From Antedon mediterranea (lineage: Eukaryota > Animalia > Echinodermata), in contig NC_092670.1 of the NCBI RefSeq assembly GCF_964355755.1, positions 30,492,388 through 30,556,387 of the forward strand: a DNA stretch of 64,000 bases. Direction: 5' to 3'. The translations under genes and the position numbers were made by a program. Shown piece by piece: positions 10,996 through 23,667 of the stretch. Below the pieces are notes generated by a model, which was given only the letters and a program-made list of their open reading frames with translations, was not told the DNA's origin and did not search any database. Positions within the stretch are counted from its first letter, which is position 1; each line of letters starts with the position of its first letter.

Positions 10996-11397
10996 TGTCA
11001 TATTAAATGTTGTGATTCTCTGTGTTTAGAGAAGGATGCTTTAGACCAGGTCCGCCTTATTATTAGCCAATCAAAATCGTATAATTTTTGGAGGGAAAAT
11101 GTTATCCTCCTCTGAAGCCTAAAATTTGCATATCCAGTATAAAAGTAGAATGTAATAGATATTAGAGGAGAAGAGAGAATAAGATCAGAGTAGATAAACG
11201 GAAAGATGATAAAGAGAATATTAAGGCTTGACTGGTAGTGGTAGAAAGATGTATTAATCGAATTACAAGGAATAAAAGTTCTAGTTGTGTTAAATATACT
11301 TTTTGTATGAGTTATCATTCAGTGACAGTGTACGTCGCGTGGAGTTGTATATATACGCCTGAGAAAGCTCGGAACCAACTAAAATAAATTCACTACA
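10996..11397 (+). repeat. 3' LTR of Gmr1-like element
   Basis: Copy of 610-1011, preceded by the PPT and followed by TSD GCAGG. Confidence 0.95.
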
Positions 11398-11402
11398 GCA
11401 GG

Positions 11403-12021
11403 CTTTAGAACAATGAATGACATAATTAAGGAGAATATATTATTACCAATGAATGAAGTGTTACCATTACTATCAGAGAAACAAAATGGATTAATTGAAT
11501 ATATAGGGCTAATGAATGCCATACCACAATCATGGAAGGAAATTATTTTGAATGGTGAACATGTAAATAATCAAACAAACACCGATTGCTTTTGGCTTCA
11601 TACAAAACAACTTAATGCAAAACTATTTTATAATTTATTTGTGGAAAATATAATATCAACTCCTATAGCACAAGAAAAATGGGAGATAGAATTTCAAAAT
11701 GACACTTTTGCATGGGATACCGTATGGTATAACAAGGTGTTTTCTATGAAACATATCACAAAAGTCGCGCAATTCAATTTCAAACTACTACATTGTATTC
11801 TTGCGTGTAAAAGTAAGTTAAAAATTTGGAAACTTTCTATAAATGACATATGTGAAAGATGTAATAGTGAAATTGAAAATGAAAAACATTTGTTATTTTC
11901 ATGTAATAAGATTAAACCCATATGGATTGCATTTAAGTTTTTGATCTCAAACTGTTTTGTACAAAAGATTGATATAGATAAACTATTAAAACTATCAAAA
12001 GACTTGATGTTAATAATTTAA
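11403..12021 (+). mobile_element. Tx1/L1 LINE ORF2 3' end with CCHC (zf-RVT) finger
   Basis: FNFKLLH.IL....L..W......CERCNSEIENEKHLLFSC; in frame with the 5' piece across the TSD. Confidence 0.88.
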
Positions 12022-12910
12022 TTATTTTATTGATTCCTTTTTCTTTCTTACCTTATCATAATGGACACAAATCCTGTATATCAACCTAAAATCTGTTTAT
12101 AGGCATCATATATACCTTTTTAAGATGACAATAGTTCAAATACATGTAGCATGTCAATATAATCTGTATGTATTGGTATTTGTTTAACATATATATTTTT
12201 CTATATTTGCAATATTTTATATCGTATACATGGCAATTTAATCTATAGGTATGTGTATTTGTTCAATATATATACTTCTATATATTTTTATATATTTGCA
12301 ATATGTTATACCGTAAATACAAATTGTAAGTAGTAGTTGTACTAAGATGACATCGGGTATGAAGCGTCTCACATACACACAGAGCCAAAATTGCATCTTG
12401 GACTTGCACAGTGTATGGACTCTAACCTTACGGTTTCAATTAAATATACCATTTCATGCTATCATTCTAAATAAATAACTTTCAACCTATTCTTCTTTTT
12501 TTCATTCCATCCATCTTATCTTGGTGAAAAGGGAGGATACTACATTTTCCTCCCCTGAGTTTATAGCCTCTCTACTCGAACACTAATAAGAACACAAATA
12601 AGATAGTTTAACAAGAAAATTTTAATCATGTATTTTACCGCCATTTTTCATTTCTACATTTTAATTAACATCGTATCTAAAATTTTAAATGAGAAAATGT
12701 ATGGTTAATACTGAATTCTGGCATCTTATTATGTAAATATACCGGTATTTTAACTACTCTAAACACTTACTTTTAATTGCCACAAATGTACTTATATGTA
12801 TATAATATATTCATCAATGAGAATTTAAATAAACGTGAGAAGAACTCACACAAGACAAAAAGAGATTTCCACTTACCTGAAGGAAACATGTATCTCCGGA
12901 TCCATGTTAA

Positions 12911-13536
12911 AGACCCCTTCCCTGCAATTTTGGACGTTTTTTGGAAAATAATACATATATATCACTTTAAAAACATTAAACCATGTCATTCCTTGTCTTA
13001 AATGTACGTTTTATGGTAAATTATGATAAACAGTGAGAAACAATGCACTACCTAAGTAGCTCGCGACGATCGACCTCTCGTGGACGGTCTTAGGCCTAGC
13101 CTAGCTAGGCTTAGTTTTGTAGGCCTAGCTGGTAAATATCGATAACGTACAAACATCGCACGCTAGCTATATACCTAGCCTGACGTTGTATAGTTGCTGC
13201 ATTAATTGTCTTTCTATTTTTGCCAGACTCCGTTGATACAAATTGGGGAAAACCCGGTATTTTCGCTGAAAAGTTAGGAGTCTTCCATTTGTTTTGGCTT
13301 CACGATCTATCGAAAAGTGGGCGAATTACAGGTGAAAAACAAAAATATCAATCCGCGCGCAATGCATTTTGGGATTTATAGCGGGCCGCTATAATTATTA
13401 GAATCGATTTATTTTTCACATTTTTAACCGTTTAAAGACGAAAAAAGTTATCGCAATAGGACCATATAGTATTATTTTTACATTAAATATAGTTTGTGAT
13501 CTTAAATTAGATCTAAAAAACGTAGGGAATGGGGCT
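12911..13536 (+). mobile_element. Non-autonomous TTAA-flanked DNA transposon (Kolobok-like ends AG...CT)
   Basis: TTAA|AGACCCCTTCCCT...AGGGAATGGGGCT|TTAA. Near-identical inverted copy at 40713-41338 and a diverged partial copy near 50232-50794. Confidence 0.8.
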
Positions 13537-13559
13537 TTAACTTTAAAGACTGAAAAAAA

Positions 13560-14680
13560 CTTCTATTTGAACCATATTAAAACCGCCTTGACTGTGATCT
13601 TTACAAATTTGTTTTCTACTTATTTTCTCACTAGATTTCCAAATAAATTAAAAAAGTAATGTATTTAACTTTGCAATAAACTTTTATTGTGGTTTGGTAT
13701 AGTTAGAATTATGTGATTTATTTTTGGAATAGGATTTAAGAGATTTTAAAATAGTAAGCCTTCCAAGAGGCGTGAGATATCTTTTTGACTATTGGGCTAG
13801 TGACGTTTGTATATAGATGTCATACATTTGATATAATTTATTTCTGGCATTTGAGTGTAGTCAACACAATACATGATGCCAAGAAGATTAAAGTGTCCAT
13901 CATCTGGCCAATAGAAATCTTTTTCTTTACAAATTCTTTCTTCACAATGCGTTTTGCTCCCAATCCACATAGCACATGTTTTTTGGTAGTTAACCTTTAA
14001 ACAAGATATGTTCTGAACCATCAATGTATATATAGTGGTATCGTCAGCGTACATACTGATTTTAAACTCGGTGCCTTCTACATTAATACCTTTCATGTAC
14101 TCATTTGATATGATATTTTGTGCTAACACCTCGATACATAAAATAAATAAATATGGTGAAAGAGGGTCGCCTTGACGACATCTTCTTTGTATATTAAAAA
14201 AAGGTGTTGGGTAACCATTTACAAGAACACTTGATTTACATTCGTTATAAAAATGTCAATCCACCTTAAAATATCATGACCAAAATTATAGTTTAAAAGG
14301 ACTTTTTTCATAAAAGTGTGGGAAACCGTGTCAAAAGCCTTTTCAAAATCAATCATTAACACAAGACCAGGAATATTACGTCATTTTGTGTAAACTAGGA
14401 TGTCGTACATTGTTCTAGTACATTCACCTATATATCTACCCTTCATGAAACCTTGTTGGTCCTCATTAATTAGAAGATTTAAAACACATTTTATTCTTTC
14501 GGTTATACATGATGAGGCAATCTTATATACAACATTTACAAGTGAAATAGGTCTCCAGTTTTGAATCAATTCACGTGGTTTATCAGATTTAGGTAATAGT
14601 GTTATTAAGCCCTGTGTTTGACTTATTGAGAGATGACCTGTATCGAATGCATAATTTAATGAGTTAACAACAAATTGACG
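13560..14680 (-). mobile_element. Decayed Tx1/L1 LINE reverse transcriptase fragment
   Basis: GLITLLPK...NWRPISLVNVVYKI, QQGFMKGRYI, DFEKAFDTV, RQGDPLSPYLF and SMYADDTT across several frames, with stops. Confidence 0.88.
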
Positions 14681-15045
14681 GATGATACTACGTATAATGT
14701 TAACTATAAGTTCCCTGACGGATGATACAATAATAAATATCATCCGTCAGTGCACTACTAGATTCACAGTGAATTAACAACGTATAATGTTAACTATAGG
14801 TTCCCTGACGGATGATACATTAATAAATATCATCCGTCAGGGCACTACCAGATTCACAGTAAATTAACAACGTATAATGTCAACTATAGGTGCCCTGACG
14901 GACGGATGATACATTAATAAATATCATCCGTCAGGGCACTGCCAGATTCACAGTGAATTAACAACGTTTTTACTAGGTGCCCTAACGAATGATACTTGAT
15001 AAATATCATCCGTCATGGTGCTACCAGATTCACAGTAAATTAACA
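14676..15045. repeat. ~90-bp tandem repeat (about 4 units), each unit with a long internal hairpin
   Basis: Units start at CGTATAATGT at 14691, 14781 and 14871. Each contains CCCTGACGGATGATA-N10-TATCATCCGTCAGGG or a close variant. Confidence 0.9.
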
Positions 15046-15273
15046 AAAAAAGTCATATGATTCATGGTTTTGTAGTGGAACTGCATGAAAGATAAGATGA
15101 AATTACAGATAAAACAACTCGGATTTACCATCGCGTTGCACATTGCATTATAAAATATGGTACTGTATGGATGAATTGTGCGATCCATAAATTGCGGTCC
15201 ATCTATCCCATGAATAAAGTGCGCATGCGTAAACTAAATAGGTACCCTGACGACTGAGATTTAGACTCTTCCG

Positions 15274-16346
15274 TTTAGGTAAGGTGAGCCAAGTCATGTG
15301 GTATAGTTAGGAAATTCCATTTTCCCTTTCGCTTAATTATTTCATCGAAACACCAATTGAGATGTATGATAATAAAGACATAAACTACCTTGTGAGATAC
15401 TGTTATACCATCAAATGTCATTGCATGAATGTACACATACATTAGGCTACATAGTAAACTATAACGGAGGTTTTCACGGGAAAAAACTAATATGTACCAA
15501 CAAACTGAATAATCAATCTGGACTCATTTAGAGAACTTAAATTTAGTATTTACATGTTTCGGTTTATTTTAGGGATTATTAATAAGGAACTATTGTTCAC
15601 TCATAAGGAAGTGAAAAGAAAAAAAAAAATCATTTTTTGTGAGTAACACACACACACACATTATTAGCAATGCCTCTTAAGAATACAAATATAACACGAA
15701 TAAAGAACAACAGTTTATCTTTAATAAATATAAATATGTAATTGATTATTCTCATTTTTATTATCTTGTGATGCCATATAAACTTGTTATGTAGACCTAA
15801 AATATAATGATTAAGATTTGCAACATTGTGGACATTTTAAAAACCAATTGTTATTCGCTAATATTACCATTACGTAAATAGTGTTATCATTAGTAACAAA
15901 TTCTGTCAACATTTAAAATGATGGACTCTTTAAGATGTAAGACGTATATGAATTAGTCAAATTGGCAATTTTTGACAAAATCTTTAAATTAGTATGCGAT
16001 AAATATTTCCATAGGTGTGCGTTATCATCATGTTGTAAAAAGTATAATAATATATAAGAATAAATATGTGGCTATTTATCGACTAATTAGCTGCGTTATC
16101 GAGGACCATTAAAAACTAAATCTCAAAAACGCCGATTATTCACACTTTATTAATAATGGTACGTAGTTTATCTGGACTTTGATTAAAACGCAATCCTTTT
16201 CCGGATCAATCGAATTTGTGAAGCCTTTGGATACTCCATCCATCCATCATACTTTATAATTGCAGAATAATAATAGGTCTGAAAGTAAAATGATTCTAAT
16301 AATGTTAACTTTAAGTTTTAATATTTCATAATTAATTGACACTAGC
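15274..16346 (+). repeat. Dispersed/segmental duplicate of 43581-46074
   Basis: Collinear matches: TTTAGGTAAGGTGAGCCAAGTCAT, GAAACAC.AATTGAGATGTATGATAATAAAGAC, TCTTGTGATGCCATATAAA, TAATTAATTGACACTAGC. Confidence 0.85.
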
Positions 16347-17074
16347 TGTAAGGAAAGTACTTTATAATGAACAATAAACACTCAGATTCGCCTGTGTTTG
16401 AGATGATTTATTCAGAAACAAGATCTCATTCAAATCTGAAAGCATGAAATATAAGTCATAACTTACATGTTAGAAACAAGAACTGACGTATGATTGAATA
16501 GCTATTATAACTTTATTTCTTAACATTTATTCAATAACTCACTGTTTGTCAGGCAAATCCCTAGCATAATCCTACTGTCATACTTTCGACCCGTCAAAAT
16601 AAACTCATTAGTAACTGAAACAAAATATTATTAATCCATGATAATTATGATCCCAAATTGTATAAACCTTTACATAAAGGTCCGCTACAATCAGTAGTAA
16701 ACAAGTTCAATGTATGCTTATATAAGTCATACTGTAAGCATTCGCCGTAGTGCGTGAATTCGCTAGAGTTGCTGCATAAAGGCCTGTGCACACCGAACGC
16801 GAAGCCGCGAAGCGTCATGCTTCACGCGTCATTCGACGGATCGCTTTGAAAGTTGAATTGTCATGCGTCTATTAGTTTTTCTTGTTGGTTCCCACTAAAC
16901 GCGTCACGATGTGCTGATTCGTCGCGATTGCTAGGCCTAGGAGATAGTGGGTTGGCCAATACAATGCTACATTTAAAATAAGATGACTGAAGTATTTCCT
17001 ATGTAAGTTTAACCAGAGAAGAGTTAAATTAAAATGTAATTTAACTCTTCCCTGGTTACACCAATCACAGTGTT

Positions 17075-18690
17075 TGATCAATAAGCTAAGGCTGTGTTCA
17101 GAAGGGACACCATTGGCAGTCGACACCATGAAGATTATAGACGGAATTGATAACCAATCGTTAAATAACATGTAATGTTGTGGAAGGTCAAAGTCATATT
17201 CTTTACTGTTGAACTCTTTTTGTCTCGGTTCCCTGACAATCAATGCTCCGTACAACCCGTCACCTCTCTGAACACCAACGTGAGAGTGCCACCAATGGGT
17301 ACCTGGTGGGTCTGCAACAAACTCGTACACGAAAGAGGTTGAACTTGGTATGGGGCATTGAGTAATCATCGGAACGCCATCTGCCCACACGGTGTTAAAT
17401 TGATGTATACCATGCCAATGAATTGTCAACGAACCTCCATCTTAAAGTTCGTTGTTTACTTTCACACGAATGGTATCACCATGACAGATCTGGAAATACA
17501 ACAAAACCGAACTAGAGACACTGTACTTAATATAGAACATAAATACAGTTAGATTAGTGTGGTAACAAAACTACCTTATTTAAAGGGGAATTTGGGAGCC
17601 GTCAAAACAATAGGCCTATATACTATCTTATGGCTCACGTGACTACAATGTTGGTATCATTCACACAAAAAAGAGTCCTATGTTTTAAAATAAACTTTTC
17701 AATGACTTTTAGGAACGTCGTCAAACTAATACTTCAATTGCCATTAAGCTTAAGCTCTGTCAGCACACAAAAATGCGATGTGCCAATATATGGATATCCT
17801 ATCACTACCATGGGCAGATCACACTTTGATAGTGTAGACAGAGCTTTAGTCTACACAAGCAAACTCGCAGTTACAAACTAAAGTGATCAAATTTCCTATA
17901 GTAATTACTCTGTTTCTAGCGGGCTTTTTGAAGTATGCACCAGTCATGGAAAAAGAAAACCAAAATGATCCCCTTTCTGAACTGTGAAGGGCGGTTACAG
18001 AATGAACTGCAACGAAACAGAACCCAACTGACTGGGTAAATATAAATACTGTGTTAACTTTAAAATACGTTTCTGAAATTACTATTTATTTAAATTAAGA
18101 TTTAGACGCTAAGCAATGTGGTAGCTTCTGCGACAAAGATGAAATTTGTACCTGAATACTTGGACCAGGTGACATTTCATTAACCGTTAAAATTGGTCTA
18201 CGTAAACCGTCTACCGAATAACAGCGATATGCACTACAGTCTTGTCGGACATCTGGACAGTCCGTACAAGCAGCTGCTAACGTATACCACCACTTTACCG
18301 TGAACTCAAATTCGCACAATCTTGGTTTAGCGGGAAACTCACACTCACGAAAACAATCGCTTGAATTATTGACCATCAGGATATCTTGTTTAGGAGTACA
18401 TTGTAAAGAAGTACAAAGTATAGCTGAAAAGGAAAACAGTACAATAATCAATCGAGTAGTAACACTAAAAATAATGCTAACAAATTACAAATGTACAACC
18501 TATACGTTTATAGGTCCATGCTTTTTTAATTTATCAAATAAAAACTTGTTTTCTAATAATTTAATTTATTGCGACAAAATGAACGTATCTTCGTCACCTT
18601 ACCCGTGTTTCAAATTATAAAATAACTTTTCTTACCAGAATTAATGATTATCAAGATTACTAAAGTAGGTAGGTGTTGATTAAAATCCAT
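17075..18690 (-). pseudogene. Laccase / multicopper oxidase, 5' part (signal peptide, Cys-rich region, cupredoxin domain 1), with an in-frame stop and truncation
   Basis: Exons 18690-18636 (MDFNQHLPTLVILIIINS), 18423-18152 (C-rich...ILTVNEMSPGPSIQ) and 17489-~17075 (ICHGDTIRVKV...TIHWHG...ADGVPMITQCPI...GTHWWHSH...GLYGALIV). TAA at 17444-17442 (NNEL*DGG). Homology stops at LSLLI, before the expected NG. Confidence 0.88.
17753..17847. mobile_element. PIF/Harbinger-type MITE family, TIR AGCTCTGTCTACACTATCAAA (one of about 9 copies)
   Basis: Other copies near 22652, 22909-23058, 23987-24084, 25263-25390, 26905-27010, 29401-29542, 34810-34911 and 53745-53899. TAA/TTA flanks on the best copies. 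Confidence 0.75.
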
Positions 18691-21600
18691 CTTCTCCACT
18701 TTCAGGCAGCTACGATTAAATTCGATTTTTTTTATTTAAAAAATGTATAATAGTAGGATATACACTTGACATTGGCGAACCTGTTAACTATACTGGTGGT
18801 ATTACCGGACATTCTGATAGTTTAAGTATAGACTTCTTGCATAAATTAATTCCAATCTACATATCATTATATGTTATACGGGTATCTTAACAAGCGATCA
18901 TTTCATTTCATTTCAAAGTAAGTGTTTGTATAAAGACAAAACGTTCAAATAGCTTAAGGATAGTTAAGGGTCTTTCATACCTGCTCCGGTCCGGCTAACG
19001 TTCAGATTCGCGTCACATGCGGCGCGTACAGTTAAGGGGCCTTTCACACCTGCTACGGTCAGGCTAAGGATCGCGTCACATGCGGTGCGTACAGTTAAGG
19101 GCTTTTCACACCTGACCAAGACCTAATAGACTAATATTGTTATTGATTCGGTGCGTTTCAGTGAAAAAGGTACATGAAACTGTGAAACAACAGAAAGAAA
19201 GTACGGCATTATTGAAATAATTAATGTTGTCTACCACCAGCAATTTTATCCTAATTTTAATGAATATTTATTAGCAGTCACACTACTCAATAGCAACTAG
19301 CAGAAAAGAATCTCGTTGATATTGATGTTTAATATACATCTGTATCTTTGTTCTTGTTTTGTTCGTGTAAATATATCGAAATAATAGACGCTTATTGATG
19401 ATTATTATGTTAGTTATTTTCCGTCCTCAAGTTTGGAATAGACATAATCCTGCATTTCATAGTCGTCTGGTAAATTGTCATGTTTTGTAAAATCTTCCAA
19501 AAGTATGTTATGTCATTTCTCTTGTTGTTCAATTGAATGTCTTGATTTGTGGTGGTAAGAATGTTTAATGGTTTGTTTTTAAGATGAACAACACTATGTT
19601 TTCTGGTGTTGTAGGTCTAATTAGAAAGAAGTAAATATGATTGCAACCCTCTTTGTTTGTACTTAGACTTCTACACTCCTTCTTGAAAATAAATTACATA
19701 AAAGTAAAGCGAACAATTAAAAATCCCCCAAAAAATAACAAAACATTCAAAATGTTAGAATTTAATGTACTTTACAATATTTCATATCATAAAAACCTAC
19801 CGAGAGTCTAATGAAATTAGAAGCCACTCTTAGTCAGACATTATATCGGCCTAAAAAGTGGGCCGATTCGACCCGTCACACCTGGGCCGAATCATCCCGC
19901 ATTCAGCTAGCTATAATTGGCTATAGCAGCTTAAAAATAGTAGGCCTAATTAGTAAGAACATAACCTAGTCTTACCACTGCATTTGAAGGAAAAATGGTA
20001 AAAGAGTGCTCAATATTGTGTTTGGCAGGAGCGGTGTACATGAGGTAGAAACATGATCAAGAATACAGTTGTATACTTATGTTTTTAACATGTGCTGCTG
20101 TCTCGACATATCGCTAATGACCCGAGTGAAGTAATTGTGACGTAGGAAAATGGCCGTGAATTTCCGAAAACGGCGTTCGGCAGTTGCAATGAAAGTGGCC
20201 TAAAAAAACACATTTTTTGTACAAATTTTCTAATTCTAATATAGACTAATGGATAGAGGGGAATTAAAAGGTGCTACATCTTTTGGCTTAGTGCAATACG
20301 GCACCCAACAATTCCCTCTTCCAACAACTCTCTCTGGTACCCAACAACTTTCTCTCTCTGGTACGCAACAACTCTCTCTCCCTGACACCCAACAACTCTC
20401 TCTGACACCCAACAACTCTCTCCCGCACCCAAAAAACTCTCTCTGGCGTCAAACCTCCACCACTGCTTGATTTAACGTAACAACACTTATCATTTAGTAA
20501 TATTATGCAGTATTGAGATTTTGATTACATAAATACAAATCGCAGTACCGGAATATGATCCGGACTGCTATAATATTTAACGATTTTCATGAAGATACCA
20601 ACACACAAATATCTATAATTATTCTCCGAGAAACGTACGTACGACGTCGTGAACAAATTTGTTTTTTGTTTTTTTTTTCGTTTTCTGAAATGTAATACTA
20701 AAATAAAGGCTAAAATATTCAGTACATTTCCGAAGTCACTTTTTTACACAGATTTTTATTAGTTCTAGTTAATCTTATTCATTGGCTAATTATTGAATAT
20801 TGTTATACATTGTTAATTAGCTACACGAGTTATTGAACCCAATATATAAACAATATCTACACTCTGGAACATGTGAAGTATACGTCTAAATCCAATTTAA
20901 AACCCGCCGTTGCCTTTAATTGGTAAAACAAAAAAACGTTAAACCTGTTAAACAATGATTATAAGGCGCAAACCAAATTATGATTAGTGTAAATGTTAGT
21001 TTAATCAGAGAGTTGTTAACATGTAACCCCGTCAGACACATATTTATCGTACCCGAGTAAGTTTGTGACCCGCCCACCAAAGTTAGCAAATCCAACTCAC
21101 CACCCGGGTAAGTAAGAAACTAATAAAGCCATAGTGTATGGATCGCCGTGGTGGTGCCAGTAGAAAGCTTTCGATTTGCGACGACTGACAAGCAAGTAAA
21201 GTCGAGCTAATTCATTGTGCGCATGCAGGGACGTTGGTAGGCATAAGCGCTTCCTAAAGTTTGGTTCCCACTAGAACGCAACGCAAGGACGTAGACGCAA
21301 CGCAAACGAGTTGACCAATGACAAGCGACGGTCGAATAACTCCATCTCTTGTGATTGGTCAAATCCCTTTACTTCGTTGTGTCGCGTCTCTAGTGGAAAC
21401 CAAGCATTACGCCATTCCTCGACGACACTCAGTTGTGTGGCGGTTTCTAGGTTCAGGTGACGACCGACAACCCATTATGCGTATTGTAGTTAACCCTAAC
21501 CCCATATTCGTCGCGAATCGACAGCTTCCTAGAACTTAGTAAGTATAAGTGACATGATGGCGGTGGTTACATAACAATTACTTAATAATTGAAAAAGGTC

Positions 21601-21989
21601 TCGGCACTAAATGTATGATTGGGCCTATGGTTCCTTGAGATTAGACAAATCGCATACGGTATCAAAGTTTATGTCATACGTTTTACAGTAGTACTAGAAA
21701 GTACCGAAAAGCTTGTCCAGATCCTGCACTGTTCGCACTACAAGCCCACACCCACCTCAATCTTGGTGATCCCTAGTAATAAAAAATAACAAGCATTTAT
21801 AAAAGCGCATTTATTACAAGGTACATTCTTTCTTATCATATACCGCTATGCGTCGTTTACACGTGCAAGTACTTTCCATAATCATTATGGCAATATACCG
21901 TCATAAAGCTGCATTCACACAGTGAGTTCAAATTCCGATACGGTGGCCAGATAAAGAATTGTGACAAATTGTGGTTCTCACCGAGGCGC

Positions 21990-22210
21990 AACACAATGAC
22001 GTAACCCGCAATGAAGGTAATTTGACCAATCAGAAGCGAGCAACACAATGACGTAACCCGCAACGTAGGTAATTTGACCAATCAGAAGTGAGCAACACAA
22101 TGACGTAACCGGCTACGTCGGTAATTTGACCAATCAGAAGCAAGCAAAAGAATGACGTAACCCGTAGGTAATTTGACCAATCAGAAGTGAGCAACACAAT
22201 GACGTAACCG
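21990..22210. repeat. 52-bp minisatellite carrying TGACGTAA and CCAAT motifs
   Basis: TGACGTAA at 21997, 22049, 22101, 22153 and 22200; GACCAATCAG four times. Confidence 0.9.
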
Positions 22211-23355
22211 GTTGTTGTTCGCTTTTGAGTGCTCTAAATATCTTCACTGCGTTGAGTCATAGTAGGAATCAAGCTTTATAATACATCTGTTCACACTAAC
22301 GCATTTCAGACTCCCGCCATGGAACCAAATCCAGGCTTAATGTAAACACAACTTAAGGCTATTCGAGCGCCATTTTGATTACGGATAAACAAAAAAATAC
22401 ATTTATAATTGGATAAGTTGTCACAGAAATTCTTAAATACCAAAGAAGCAAATAATATATAGTATTTGTAATATAAGTATTTCACAGCAGCCGTAGAAGG
22501 ACGAAATTGTCCAGAAAATACACAGCAGTCAACTTCTTGTGATATTAAACATAATCAGGTCACCGTTCCAACCACATGGATGACCTTTGGATGGTATGAT
22601 GCAACAATGTTACCAATCACCTGATGATTTCATGATAATCTGTGAATGCTTAAGCCTTGTCTACACTGTCAAACTAGTTTGACAAAAAAAAGTGTGATGT
22701 GCCTAAATATGGTAGGGGTATGACATCAAGTCCATATATGGGCACTGTTGACCAATCACAAGCGCTAGACTGGATGATTACTTTTGGTGCTCTTTAAGTC
22801 ATTGCGTTGCATCAAAGTGGAAACATCCTTAAAAAGCAGAAGACATGACCACATCGATGTGTAAGCATCCATATGTATATAATAATGATTATTGTCTCTG
22901 TACGATGAAGCTCTGTCTACACATTCAAACTTTATAATGACAAAAAAATGTTATGTGCCCATACATGGAGACGATGACATCATATCACTATCATATTTTG
23001 GCATATCACTACCATATTTGGGCACATCACACTAGTTTGATAGGGTGGACAGAGCTTTAGTCATCCCACATCCACAGCAACCGTCCTTCAACTGCCATAG
23101 AACACACACAATTATATTTATTTGCTGTGTGAATTTGTATATAATTGTCTATGCTACGTAATGGTACTGATTGGAACTGTCCTTATCTCGTTCCATGTAA
23201 TCACGCTCTATCAAGCTTTCTATTTGTTTCTTAAAATCTGTTGGCTGCGAATAAAAACAAATGCATTCTGGGTAAAATCAGGTTAATTAGTTAAATCTAC
23301 CTATATTTAGTTTATTTTTAATAATACTTTTTTTTCAATTTAGAAATTGTTGGGT

Positions 23356-23667
23356 TACAGGACATGTGATCCTACAGGACATGTGATCCTACAGGACATG
23401 TGATCCTACAGGACATGTAATCCTACAGGATATGTAATCCTACAGGACATGTAATCCTACAGGATATGTAATCCTACAGGACATGTGATCCTACAGGACA
23501 TGTGATCCTACAGGACATGTAATCCTACAGGATATGTAATCCTACAGGACATGTAATCCTACAGGATATGTGATCCTACAGGACATGTAATCCTACAGGA
23601 TATGTAATCCTACAGGACATGTGATCCTACAGGACATGTAATCCTACAGGATATGTAATCCTACAGG
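23356..23667. repeat. 17-bp minisatellite TACAGGA(C/T)ATGT(G/A)ATCC, about 18 copies, in the last CUL4 intron
   Basis: Direct reading of tandem units. Confidence 0.95.

Larger units (their letters stand above)
610..11397 (+). mobile_element. Gmr1-like Ty3/Gypsy LTR retrotransposon, full length, with PR-IN-RT-RH domain order
   Basis: 402-bp TG...CA LTRs at 610-1011 and 10996-11397. 5-bp TSD GCAGG at 605-609 and 11398-11402. PBS after the 5' LTR; PPT AAAAAGGGGAA at 10985-10995. Integrase lies upstream of a Gypsy-type RT. Confidence 0.95.

Noticed and set aside
14676-15045. CRISPR-like array of palindromic repeats
   Set aside because: The intervening sequences repeat too (no unique spacers), there are no cas genes, and the context is eukaryotic.
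16872-17429. Functional laccase ORF as given by the ORF track
   Set aside because: In-frame TAA just upstream within the same exon, the C-terminal ~65 aa are non-homologous read-through, and no domain 2-3 exons were found downstream.
23356-23667. Short regular repeats as CRISPR or coding repeat
   Set aside because: Contiguous 17-bp units without spacers, inside an intron; an ordinary minisatellite.
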